A stretch of DNA of 64,000 nucleotides, from sequence record OR327750.1; one strand, 5' to 3'. Below are positions 53,461-64,000 of the stretch, piece after piece. Numbering within the stretch: position 1 is the first letter of the stretch; each line of letters opens with the position of its first letter. A program made the position numbers and the translations under genes. The DNA is from Escherichia phage KK4. A model generated the notes under the pieces. That model was not told the DNA's origin, did not search any database, and was given only the letters and a program-made list of their open reading frames with translations.

Positions 53461-55440
53461 ATGACTTTATTATCTCCGGGCATTGAGCTCAAAGAAACTA
53501 CGGTTCAAAGCACCGTGGTTAATAACTCTACTGGTACAGCAGCTTTGGCCGGTAAATTCCAGTGGGGTCCTGCTTTTCAGATTAAACAGGTTACAAATGA
53601 AGTAGATTTAGTTAATACTTTTGGTCAACCAACCGCTGAAACTGCTGACTATTTTATGTCTGCGATGAATTTCTTGCAGTACGGAAATGACTTACGAGTA
53701 GTTCGTGCTGTTGATAGAGATACCGCTAAAAACTCATCGCCAATTGCTGGTAATATTGAATACACAATTTCTACCCCAGGTAGTAACTACGCGGTTGGAG
53801 ATAAAATCACTGTCAAATATGTTTCAGATGATATTGAAACTGAAGGTAAAATTACTGAAGTAGACGCAGATGGAAAAATTAAGAAAATTAATATTCCTAC
53901 TGCAAAAATTATCGCTAAAGCTAAAGAAGTCGGTGAATACCCGGAATTAGGTTCTAACTGGACTGCGGAAATTTCTTCGTCTTCCTCTGGTTTAGCTGCA
54001 GTAATAACTCTTGGAAAAATTATTACTGATTCTGGTATTTTATTAGCTGAAATTGAAAATGCTGAAGCTGCTATGACAGCGGTTGACTTTCAAGCAAATC
54101 TTAAAAAATACGGAATTCCGGGAGTAGTAGCGCTTTATCCAGGCGAATTAGGCGATAAAATTGAAATTGAAATCGTATCTAAAGCTGACTATGCAAAAGG
54201 AGCTTCTGCATTACTCCCAATTTATCCGGGCGGTGGTACTCGTGCATCTACTGCTAAAGCAGTGTTTGGGTATGGACCACAAACTGATTCACAGTACGCT
54301 ATTATAGTTCGTCGCAATGATGCTATTGTTCAAAGCGTTGTTCTTTCAACTAAGCGTGGTGAAAAAGATATTTACGATAGTAACATCTATATCGATGACT
54401 TTTTCGCAAAAGGTGGTTCAGAATATATTTTTGCAACTGCACAAAACTGGCCAGAAGGCTTCTCTGGAATTTTAACTCTGTCTGGTGGATTATCATCAAA
54501 TGCTGAAGTAACAGCAGGAGATTTGATGGAAGCTTGGGACTTCTTTGCTGACCGCGAATCTGTTGATGTTCAGTTGTTTATTGCGGGTTCTTGTGCCGGT
54601 GAATCTTTAGAAACAGCATCTACTGTCCAAAAACACGTCGTTTCAATTGGGGATGCTCGCCAAGATTGCTTAGTATTGTGCTCTCCTCCGCGTGAAACTG
54701 TAGTTGGAATTCCTGTAACTCGTGCTGTTGATAACTTAGTCAATTGGAGAACTGCAGCAGGTTCATACACTGATAATAACTTTAATATCAGTTCAACCTA
54801 CGCAGCAATTGATGGTAACTACAAGTATCAGTATGACAAATATAATGATGTGAATCGTTGGGTTCCATTAGCAGCTGATATTGCTGGTTTATGCGCAAGA
54901 ACTGATAACGTATCTCAGACTTGGATGTCTCCAGCTGGTTATAATCGTGGCCAAATTTTGAACGTTATTAAACTGGCTATTGAAACTCGCCAGGCTCAGC
55001 GCGACCGTTTATACCAAGAAGCTATCAACCCAGTAACTGGTACAGGTGGTGATGGTTACGTATTGTATGGTGATAAAACAGCTACTTCTGTTCCTTCTCC
55101 ATTTGATCGTATTAACGTTCGTCGTCTGTTTAACATGTTGAAAACGAACATCGGACGTAGTTCAAAATATCGTTTGTTCGAATTAAACAACGCGTTTACT
55201 CGTTCATCATTCCGCACAGAAACTGCCCAGTACTTACAGGGAATTAAAGCTCTCGGTGGAATTTATGAATATCGTGTAGTTTGCGATACAACAAATAACA
55301 CTCCGTCAGTAATTGATAGAAATGAGTTTGTTGCAACATTCTACATCCAACCGGCTAGAAGCATTAACTACATTACCTTAAACTTCGTAGCAACTGCTAC
55401 TGGTGCAGATTTCGATGAGTTAACTGGTCTTGCAGGTTAA
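53461..55440 (+). CDS. 18: tail sheath protein gp18
   Basis: 659 aa; late promoter upstream. Confidence 0.95.
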   Translation: MTLLSPGIELKETTVQSTVVNNSTGTAALAGKFQWGPAFQIKQVTNEVDLVNTFGQPTAETADYFMSAMNFLQYGNDLRVVRAVDRDTAKNSSPIAGNIEYTISTPGSNYAVGDKITVKYVSDDIETEGKITEVDADGKIKKINIPTAKIIAKAKEVGEYPELGSNWTAEISSSSSGLAAVITLGKIITDSGILLAEIENAEAAMTAVDFQANLKKYGIPGVVALYPGELGDKIEIEIVSKADYAKGASALLPIYPGGGTRASTAKAVFGYGPQTDSQYAIIVRRNDAIVQSVVLSTKRGEKDIYDSNIYIDDFFAKGGSEYIFATAQNWPEGFSGILTLSGGLSSNAEVTAGDLMEAWDFFADRESVDVQLFIAGSCAGESLETASTVQKHVVSIGDARQDCLVLCSPPRETVVGIPVTRAVDNLVNWRTAAGSYTDNNFNISSTYAAIDGNYKYQYDKYNDVNRWVPLAADIAGLCARTDNVSQTWMSPAGYNRGQILNVIKLAIETRQAQRDRLYQEAINPVTGTGGDGYVLYGDKTATSVPSPFDRINVRRLFNMLKTNIGRSSKYRLFELNNAFTRSSFRTETAQYLQGIKALGGIYEYRVVCDTTNNTPSVIDRNEFVATFYIQPARSINYITLNFVATATGADFDELTGLAG

Positions 55441-55475
55441 TACGGTGCATTCTAAAGGCCTGTTTCGGCAGGCCA

Positions 55476-55542
55476 TATAAATACACTATATCCTTAATTC
55501 TTTAATTCTATATGCCCTAGGTTAAACATAGGGATATAAATA
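55476..55542 (+). promoter_or_regulatory. two late promoters upstream of gene 19
   Basis: TATAAATA at 55476-55483 and 55535-55542, separated by a stem-loop. Confidence 0.6.
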
Positions 55543-55556
55543 CTACAGAGGCTAAT

Positions 55557-56048
55557 ATGTTTGTAGATGATGTAACACGAGCGTTTGAATCTGGTGATTT
55601 TGCTCGACCTAACTTATTCCAAGTAGAAATTTCTTATCTTGGACAAAATTTTACGTTTCAATGTAAAGCCACTGCTTTACCAGCTGGTATTGTAGAAAAA
55701 ATTCCAGTCGGATTTATGAACCGTAAAATTAACGTAGCAGGCGATCGTACATTCGATGACTGGACTGTTACAGTAATGAACGATGAAGCTCATGATGCTC
55801 GCCAGAAGTTTGTTGATTGGCAAAGCATTGCTGCTGGTCAAGGAAACGAAATTACTGGTGGAAAACCTGCAGAGTATAAAAAGAGCGCTATCGTTCGTCA
55901 ATATGCTCGTGACGCTAAAACAGTAACAAAAGAAATTGAAATTAAAGGTCTGTGGCCTACTAACGTAGGTGAACTTCAGTTAGATTGGGATTCAAACAAT
56001 GAAATCCAAACCTTTGAAGTAACTCTTGCTCTCGATTATTGGGAATAA
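55557..56048 (+). CDS. 19: tail tube protein gp19
   Basis: 163 aa; two late promoters upstream. Confidence 0.95.
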   Translation: MFVDDVTRAFESGDFARPNLFQVEISYLGQNFTFQCKATALPAGIVEKIPVGFMNRKINVAGDRTFDDWTVTVMNDEAHDARQKFVDWQSIAAGQGNEITGGKPAEYKKSAIVRQYARDAKTVTKEIEIKGLWPTNVGELQLDWDSNNEIQTFEVTLALDYWE

Positions 56049-56080
56049 AATGAATGGGGAGAAATCCCCATCCTGCTTAA

Positions 56081-57705
<1,625 letters not shown>

Positions 57706-57706
<1 letters not shown>

Positions 57707-57945
57707 TGGAAGGTTTAATTGAAGCTATTAAATCAAACGACCTCGTAGCCGCTCGTAAATTATTTGCTGAAGCCATGGCTGCAAGAACGATTGATTTAAT
57801 TAAAGAAGAAAAAATCGCTATCGCTCGTAATTTCTTAATCGAAGGTGAAGAACCTGAAGACGAGGATGAAGATGATGACAAAGATAGCGATGATAAAGAC
57901 GACAAAAAAGACAAAGACTCTGACGAAGACGAGGATGATGAATAA
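57706..57945 (+). CDS. 67: prohead core protein gp67
   Basis: 79 aa with strongly acidic D/E-rich C-terminus. Confidence 0.85.
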
Positions 57946-58370
57946 TGCTTCTGATCCCTGAAACTCATGAATTAGTTCTCGAGAATGTCGAAGCACTTAT
58001 TCCTGAAGCACAGGGTCGCTTTGACGAATTGTCTTCTGCTTTAAATAAAGACGATATAAATACAATTGTCGAGAATATGCTTGATGATGAAACTGATTTA
58101 GCGGTTGCATTAGCTTCTATTAATGAAAATATGCCGTTAAATGAATTCATCGTTAAACATGTTTCCGCTCGTGGTGAAATTACTCGCACTAAAGACCGCA
58201 AAACGCGTGAACGTAATGCATTTCAAACCACTGGGCTGTCTAAAGCAAAACGTAGACAAATTGCTCGTAAAGCTACCAAAACGAAGATTGCCAATCCAGC
58301 AGGTCAATCTCGTGCTCAGCGTAAGCGTAAAAAAGCTCTTAAACGCCGTAAAGCATTAGGATTAAGCTAA
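57945..58370 (+). CDS. 68: prohead core protein gp68
   Basis: 141 aa; basic C-terminus. Confidence 0.85.
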
Positions 58371-59008
58371 TGAATGAACCCCAATTACTAATTGAAACTT
58401 GGGGTCAACCTGGCGAAATTATTGATGGCGTGCCAATGCTTGAATCTCATGATGGAAAAGACTTAGGTTTAAAACCGGGTTTATACATCGAAGGAATATT
58501 CATGCAAGCGGAAGTCGTCAATAGAAATAAACGTCTTTATCCAAAACGCATATTAGAAAAAGCGGTAAAAGACTATATTAATGAGCAAGTTTTAACTAAA
58601 CAAGCTCTCGGAGAATTAAATCATCCTCCACGCGCTAATGTTGACCCGATGCAAGCCGCTATCATTATAGAAGATATGTGGTGGAAAGGAAATGACGTAT
58701 ACGGACGAGCTCGTGTTATTGAAGGTGACCATGGTCCTGGAGATAAATTAGCAGCTAATATTCGTGCCGGATGGATTCCAGGAGTTTCTTCTCGTGGATT
58801 AGGTTCATTGACTGACACAAATAAAGGTTATCGTATCGTAAACGAAGGATTCAAATTAACTGTAGGTGTTGATGCAGTATGGGGTCCAAGTGCTCCAGAT
58901 GCATGGGTAACTCCTAAGGAAATTACAGAATCACAGACGGCGGAAGCCGATACAAGTGCCGATGACGCCTATATGGCTCTCGCAGAGGCCATGAAAAAAG
59001 CGTTATAA
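58370..59008 (+). CDS. 21: prohead core scaffold protein and protease gp21
   Basis: 212 aa. Confidence 0.9.
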   Translation: MNEPQLLIETWGQPGEIIDGVPMLESHDGKDLGLKPGLYIEGIFMQAEVVNRNKRLYPKRILEKAVKDYINEQVLTKQALGELNHPPRANVDPMQAAIIIEDMWWKGNDVYGRARVIEGDHGPGDKLAANIRAGWIPGVSSRGLGSLTDTNKGYRIVNEGFKLTVGVDAVWGPSAPDAWVTPKEITESQTAEADTSADDAYMALAEAMKKAL

Positions 59009-59038
59009 ATATTATTATCTAAACAACAGGACTACAAA

Positions 59039-59848
59039 ATGCTTAAAGAACAACTGATTGCCGAAGCGCAGAAAATTGATGCTTCCGTTGCTCTTGATAG
59101 TATTTTCGAATCAGTTAATATTTCTCCGGAAGCAAAAGAAACTTTCGGCACTGTATTCGAAGCTACCGTCAAGCAGCACGCCGTTAAATTAGCTGAATCT
59201 CATATCGCTAAAATTGCTGAAAAAGCAGAAGAAGAAGTAGAAAAAAATAAAGAAGAAGCCGAAGAAAAAGCTGAGAAGAAAATCGCTGAGCAAGCTTCTA
59301 AATTCATTGACCATCTTGCAAAAGAATGGCTCGCTGAAAATAAATTAGCAGTTGATAAAGGCATCAAAGCCGAACTGTTTGAATCCATGCTTGGTGGATT
59401 GAAAGAGCTCTTCGTTGAACACAACGTTGTTGTTCCAGAAGAATCAGTTGATGTTGTAGCTGAAATGGAAGAAGAACTGCAAGAACATAAAGAAGAATCA
59501 GCTCGTCTGTTCGAAGAACTCAATAAGCGTGACGCATATATCAATTATGTGCAGCGTGAAGTGGCATTGAGCGAAAGTACTAAAGATCTGACTGAGTCTC
59601 AAAAAGAAAAAGTCTCTGCTCTGGTCGAAGGTATGGATTATTCAGATGCATTCTCAAGTAAATTGAGTGCAATCGTAGAAATGGTGAAGAAATCTAATAA
59701 AGATGAAAGCACTATTACTGAGAGTATAAATACTCCTGATACTGAAGCAGCCGGACTGAATTTCGTCACTGAAGCTGTAGAAGATAAATCTGCACAAGGT
59801 GCAGAAGATATTGTAAGTGTATATGCGAAAGTCGCATCTCGTTTCTAA
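59039..59848 (+). CDS. 22: prohead core scaffolding protein gp22
   Basis: 269 aa, acidic coiled coil. Confidence 0.9.
   Translation: MLKEQLIAEAQKIDASVALDSIFESVNISPEAKETFGTVFEATVKQHAVKLAESHIAKIAEKAEEEVEKNKEEAEEKAEKKIAEQASKFIDHLAKEWLAENKLAVDKGIKAELFESMLGGLKELFVEHNVVVPEESVDVVAEMEEELQEHKEESARLFEELNKRDAYINYVQREVALSESTKDLTESQKEKVSALVEGMDYSDAFSSKLSAIVEMVKKSNKDESTITESINTPDTEAAGLNFVTEAVEDKSAQGAEDIVSVYAKVASRF
59725..59732 (+). promoter_or_regulatory. candidate late promoter of gene 23, inside gene 22
   Basis: TATAAATA ~135 nt upstream of gene 23 ATG. Confidence 0.4.
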
Positions 59849-59866
59849 TTTTAAAGGTTAACACAA

Positions 59867-61432
59867 ATGACTATCAAAACTAAAGCTGAACTTTTGAACA
59901 AATGGAAGCCATTACTGGAAGGTGAAGGTTTACCGGAAATTGCTAATAGCAAACAAGCGATTATCGCTAAAATCTTTGAAAACCAGGAAAAAGATTTCCA
60001 GACAGCTCCGGAATATAAAGACGAAAAAATTGCTCAGGCATTCGGTTCTTTCTTAACAGAAGCTGAAATCGGTGGTGACCACGGTTACAATGCTACCAAC
60101 ATCGCTGCTGGTCAGACTTCTGGCGCAGTAACTCAGATTGGCCCAGCTGTTATGGGTATGGTACGTCGTGCTATTCCTAACCTGATTGCTTTCGATATTT
60201 GTGGTGTTCAGCCAATGAACAGCCCGACTGGCCAGGTATTCGCGCTGCGCGCAGTATATGGTAAAGATCCAATCGCTTCCGGCGCTAAAGAAGCATTCCA
60301 CCCAATGTATGGTCCAGATGCAATGTTCTCTGGTCAGGGTGCTGCTAAGAAATTCGCTGCTTTGAAAGCAAGTGATACTCTTGAAGTCGGAACTATTTAC
60401 ACTCACTTCTTCCAGGAAACTGGTACAGTATATCTGCAAGCTACAGCAGCTAAACAAATTGATTCAGGCGCATCTGACGCAGACAAATTAGATGCTGAAA
60501 TTAAGAAACAAATGGAAGCTGGTGTACTGGTAGAAATCGCTGAAGGTATGGCTACTTCTATCGCTGAACTTCAGGAAGGTTTCAACGGTTCTACCGATAA
60601 CCCATGGAATGAAATGGGCTTCCGTATCGATAAACAAGTTATCGAAGCTAAATCTCGTCAGCTGAAAGCTGCTTACTCTATTGAATTAGCACAAGACCTC
60701 CGCGCTGTTCATGGTATGGATGCTGATGCTGAACTGTCTGGTATTCTGGCTACAGAAATTATGCTGGAAATCAACCGCGAAGTTGTTGATTGGATTAACT
60801 ACTCCGCTCAGGTTGGTAAATCTGGTATGACCCTGACTCCGGGTTCTAAAGCTGGTGTATTTGACTTCCAGGACCCAATCGATATTCGTGGTGCTCGCTG
60901 GGCAGGTGAATCCTTTAAAGCTCTGTTGTTCCAGATTGACAAAGAAGCAGTTGAAATTGCTCGTCAGACTGGTCGCGGCGAAGGTAACTTCATTATCGCT
61001 TCCCGTAACGTAGTTAACGTTCTGGCTTCAGTTGATACCGGCATTTCTTATGCTGCACAGGGTCTGGCTACCGGCTTTAACACTGATACTACCAAGTCAG
61101 TATTTGCTGGTGTTCTGGGTGGTAAATACCGTGTATATATCGACCAGTATGCTAAACAGGATTATTTCACTGTAGGTTATAAAGGTCCGAACGAAATGGA
61201 TGCTGGTATTTACTACGCTCCATATGTAGCTCTGACTCCGCTGCGTGGTTCCGATCCGAAGAACTTCCAACCGGTAATGGGATTCAAAACTCGTTACGGT
61301 ATCGGTATCAACCCATTTGCAGAATCCGCTGCTCAGGCTCCGGCTTCTCGCATCCAGAGCGGTATGCCTTCTATTCTGAATAGCCTTGGTAAAAATGCTT
61401 ACTTCCGCCGTGTATATGTTAAAGGTATCTAA
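59867..61432 (+). CDS. 23: major capsid protein gp23
   Basis: 521 aa; MTIKTKAELLNKWKPLLEGEGLPEIANSKQAIIAKIFENQEKDFQTAPEYKDEKIAQAF matches T4 gp23 from memory; higher GC and biased codons; terminator downstream. Confidence 0.97.
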   Translation: MTIKTKAELLNKWKPLLEGEGLPEIANSKQAIIAKIFENQEKDFQTAPEYKDEKIAQAFGSFLTEAEIGGDHGYNATNIAAGQTSGAVTQIGPAVMGMVRRAIPNLIAFDICGVQPMNSPTGQVFALRAVYGKDPIASGAKEAFHPMYGPDAMFSGQGAAKKFAALKASDTLEVGTIYTHFFQETGTVYLQATAAKQIDSGASDADKLDAEIKKQMEAGVLVEIAEGMATSIAELQEGFNGSTDNPWNEMGFRIDKQVIEAKSRQLKAAYSIELAQDLRAVHGMDADAELSGILATEIMLEINREVVDWINYSAQVGKSGMTLTPGSKAGVFDFQDPIDIRGARWAGESFKALLFQIDKEAVEIARQTGRGEGNFIIASRNVVNVLASVDTGISYAAQGLATGFNTDTTKSVFAGVLGGKYRVYIDQYAKQDYFTVGYKGPNEMDAGIYYAPYVALTPLRGSDPKNFQPVMGFKTRYGIGINPFAESAAQAPASRIQSGMPSILNSLGKNAYFRRVYVKGI

Positions 61433-61447
61433 TCTTTGACGATTTAA

Positions 61448-61476
61448 GGGACCTTCGGGTCCCTTTAGTTGTTTTT
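61448..61476 (+). terminator. rho-independent terminator after gene 23
   Basis: Hairpin GGGACC-ttcg-GGTCCC then U-rich tract. Confidence 0.7.
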
Positions 61477-61480
61477 ATGG

Positions 61481-61488
61481 TATAAATA
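61481..61488 (+). promoter_or_regulatory. late promoter of gene 24
   Basis: TATAAATA between gene 23 terminator and gene 24. Confidence 0.6.
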
Positions 61489-61515
61489 AATCATATAAAC
61501 CAAAAGGAAAGCGCA

Positions 61516-62799
61516 ATGGCTAAAATCAACGAACTTCTGCGCGAATCAACCACAACGAATAGCAACTCAATCGGTCGCCCAAATCTCGTTGCTTTGACTC
61601 GCGCTACCACTAAATTAATATATTCTGACATTGTAGCAACGCAAAGAACTAATCAACCTGTTGCTGCTTTTTATGGTATCAAATACCTTAACCCAGACAA
61701 TGAATTTACATTTAAAACTGGTGCTACTTATGCTGGCGAAGCTGGATATGTAGACCGAGAACAAATCACAGAATTAACAGAAGAGTCTAAATTAACTCTC
61801 AATAAAGGCGATTTATTCAAATATAATAATATCGTTTATAAAGTATTAGAAGATACTCCATTTGCTGATATTGAAGAAAGCGACTTAGAGTTAGCTCTTC
61901 AGATTGCAATTGTTCTTTTAAAGGTTCGTCTATTTTCTGACGCAGCGTCAACAAGCAAATTTGAAAGCTCTGATAGTGAAATTGCGGATGCTAGATTCCA
62001 GATTAATAAATGGCAAACCGCAGTTAAATCTCGTAAACTTAAAACTGGTATCACAGTTGAATTAGCACAAGATTTAGAAGCAAATGGATTCGATGCTCCT
62101 AATTTCTTGGAAGATTTGCTTGCAACTGAAATGGCAGATGAAATCAATAAAGATATTCTGCAGTCTTTGATTACAGTGTCAAAACGCTATAAAGTTACAG
62201 GAATTACTGATACTGGATTCATCGATTTGAGTTATGCATCTGCACCTGAAGCTGGTCGTTCATTATACCGAATGGTATGTGAAATGGTTTCGCATATCCA
62301 AAAAGAATCAACTTATACAGCAACGTTCTGTGTTGCTTCAGCTCGTGCTGCTGCGATTCTTGCTGCATCAGGTTGGTTAAAACATAAACCAGAAGATGAT
62401 AAATATCTTTCACAAAATGCCTATGGGTTCTTAGCTAATGGTTTACCGCTTTATTGCGATACTAACAGCCCATTAGATTATGTAATCGTTGGTGTAGTAG
62501 AAAATATTGGTGAAAAAGAAATTGTTGGATCAATTTTCTATGCTCCGTATACAGAAGGTCTTGACTTAGATGATCCTGAACATGTAGGTGCATTTAAAGT
62601 TGTGGTTGATCCAGAAAGCTTACAACCATCTATCGGTTTATTAGTTAGATATGCTTTATCAGCAAATCCTTATACTGTAGCAAAAGATGAAAAAGAAGCA
62701 AGAGTAATTGACGGTGGAGACATGGATAAAATGGCGGGTCGTTCAGATTTGTCTGTTTTATTAGGTGTTAAACTACCAAAAATTATCATTGATGAATAA
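61516..62799 (+). CDS. 24: capsid vertex protein gp24
   Basis: 427 aa; late promoter upstream, bidirectional terminator downstream. Confidence 0.95.
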   Translation: MAKINELLRESTTTNSNSIGRPNLVALTRATTKLIYSDIVATQRTNQPVAAFYGIKYLNPDNEFTFKTGATYAGEAGYVDREQITELTEESKLTLNKGDLFKYNNIVYKVLEDTPFADIEESDLELALQIAIVLLKVRLFSDAASTSKFESSDSEIADARFQINKWQTAVKSRKLKTGITVELAQDLEANGFDAPNFLEDLLATEMADEINKDILQSLITVSKRYKVTGITDTGFIDLSYASAPEAGRSLYRMVCEMVSHIQKESTYTATFCVASARAAAILAASGWLKHKPEDDKYLSQNAYGFLANGLPLYCDTNSPLDYVIVGVVENIGEKEIVGSIFYAPYTEGLDLDDPEHVGAFKVVVDPESLQPSIGLLVRYALSANPYTVAKDEKEARVIDGGDMDKMAGRSDLSVLLGVKLPKIIIDE

Positions 62800-62805
62800 A
62801 ACAAA

Positions 62806-62830
62806 GGGACCTTTCGGTCCCTTTTTATTT
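62806..62830. terminator. bidirectional terminator between gene 24 (plus) and rnlB (minus)
   Basis: Hairpin GGGACC-tttc-GGTCCC flanked by T-run on plus and A-run on minus side. Confidence 0.7.
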
Positions 62831-63833
62831 AACTTACCAATTCAATCCAAGCCGGACGAAGTACATCTTGTACCATTTTAACTAATTCCTTTTTAATCAA
62901 AGAAGGATTATCTGCTTGAGTTAGAGTAATACCTTCACGAGAAGTTTCTTCCAAAATATCTTGAACAGTTAGCCCCATCACCTTTCCAAAATCCTTTGGA
63001 CCAATTTCGCCAATTTTAGAAATAACGTTATTTACTCGGTTCAGTGTAACGTAACAAGCTAAAATTCCCACCAATTTGTTATCAGCTTCTGATAGTTCAA
63101 CTTTAGCTTTAATAGGCTTATCAGACTTTTTCTTTTCACTAAATTTGGAATTCTTGCATTTAATTGCTACACGATTTCCATTACGAAGCCAAGAAGGATA
63201 ACAAGGTTTCAATACATATCCTTCAGCGGTAAATACTTCGCCTTTTGCTTCGGCATTCCAAATGCATTTATTTGCATCAACTAATCCGGCATGGTCTACT
63301 GTAAAATTATAATCTTGGACGACAGAATCTAAATCATTTGGCAATTTAATAAGCTCTTCAAATTTACCACGACCTAAAAGTGGAGCCATTTTAAATTTAA
63401 ATGTATTACAGAATGATTCCATCATATAATCGTCGACATAAGTCACATCACCACTTTCTGTAGTGACAATAATGTCAAATACATAAAAATCTTTATCGCC
63501 ATAATCAACATTCTTCTGAATGCCAGGTCCAGCGAATTCGCCAAAGACTTGATAAGATACAACCGCTGAGGTTTCCATAATATCTTGTACTGCTTTAATG
63601 GAATCAGCGTAATTCTTTAGAATAATTTCATACCCAAAGAAATCTTCAGCAGGAAGAATAGGACCAGTGCGTTTAGCGCAAGTTACTTTATCACGCTCAA
63701 TAATCAATGAGAAATTTGTACCATGAATCTTTTCACGAGCTACCCACTCCCCACCAGTCAATCCCAAGCTATAAAGTTTTTCAATAAATTTAGAGTTGTA
63801 ATGATTTTCAAGACTGCTATACTTTTTAAACAT
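62829..63833 (-). CDS. rnlB: RNA ligase 2
   Basis: 334 aa; nucleotidyltransferase motif I KIHG (adenylated Lys); matches T4 Rnl2 from memory. Confidence 0.9.
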   Translation of the reverse strand: MFKKYSSLENHYNSKFIEKLYSLGLTGGEWVAREKIHGTNFSLIIERDKVTCAKRTGPILPAEDFFGYEIILKNYADSIKAVQDIMETSAVVSYQVFGEFAGPGIQKNVDYGDKDFYVFDIIVTTESGDVTYVDDYMMESFCNTFKFKMAPLLGRGKFEELIKLPNDLDSVVQDYNFTVDHAGLVDANKCIWNAEAKGEVFTAEGYVLKPCYPSWLRNGNRVAIKCKNSKFSEKKKSDKPIKAKVELSEADNKLVGILACYVTLNRVNNVISKIGEIGPKDFGKVMGLTVQDILEETSREGITLTQADNPSLIKKELVKMVQDVLRPAWIELVS

Positions 63834-63842
63834 AATTAATCC

Positions 63843-64000
63843 TCAAAATGTAATTTCCAACCAATCACCATCACGCTGATCACTATTGACTTTAAAGCTA
63901 AATCCTTCTTTTCTCAGCCAATCACCAATTTCTTCAGTAATCAATTTATCGCGAGCAGTACAATAATAACTAAAATATGTTTTACCTTGTTCAGCTGCTT
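63843..64000 (-). CDS. hypothetical protein, C-terminal fragment (gene runs off window end; 24.2 position)
   Basis: Manual minus-strand translation ...ARDKLITEEIGDWLRKEGFSFKVNSDQRDGDWLEITF then stop; GAGGA follows ahead of rnlB ATG. Confidence 0.4.
   Translation of the reverse strand, partial: AAEQGKTYFSYYCTARDKLITEEIGDWLRKEGFSFKVNSDQRDGDWLEITF

Noticed and set aside
60053-60457. Minus-strand 134-aa ORF inside gene 23
   Set aside because: Antisense to the major capsid gene

Overview
This window is a T-even (T4-like, Tequatrovirus-type) phage segment. All gene names below are assigned from my memory of phage T4 proteins and gene order; no database search was possible. The left ~32 kb (1-31966) is a minus-strand early/accessory region: nrdD (partial), gene 49, nrdC, a block of unknown genes, rI.-1/rI/rI.1, tk, regB, a GrcA-like glycyl-radical protein, denV, lysozyme e, nudE, internal-protein genes, an 11-tRNA cluster, ipI, 57B/57A and genes 1, 3, 2, 4. 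The right ~32 kb (32014-62799) is the plus-strand late structural module: 53, 5, a GIY-YIG homing endonuclease, 5.4, 6-12, wac, 13-24, followed by rnlB on the minus strand. Lysozyme differs from T4 at about four residues, so this is a close relative, not T4 itself. I found no single clear-cut new system; the best candidates for undescribed biology are in the accessory region: four tandem coiled-coil paralogs (3389-7345), an adjacent P-loop ATPase plus Pol-beta-type nucleotidyltransferase (8808-10908), a macro-domain protein, two extra capsid-targeted internal proteins, a PspA-like coiled-coil protein, and a tRNA set expanded beyond T4. Repeated early-promoter cassettes (GTTTAC-N18-TAcTAT) and late promoters (TATAAATA) are visible throughout. 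Many ORF-track starts are TTG/GTG or run through promoters; I moved those to the first ATG with a Shine-Dalgarno sequence.
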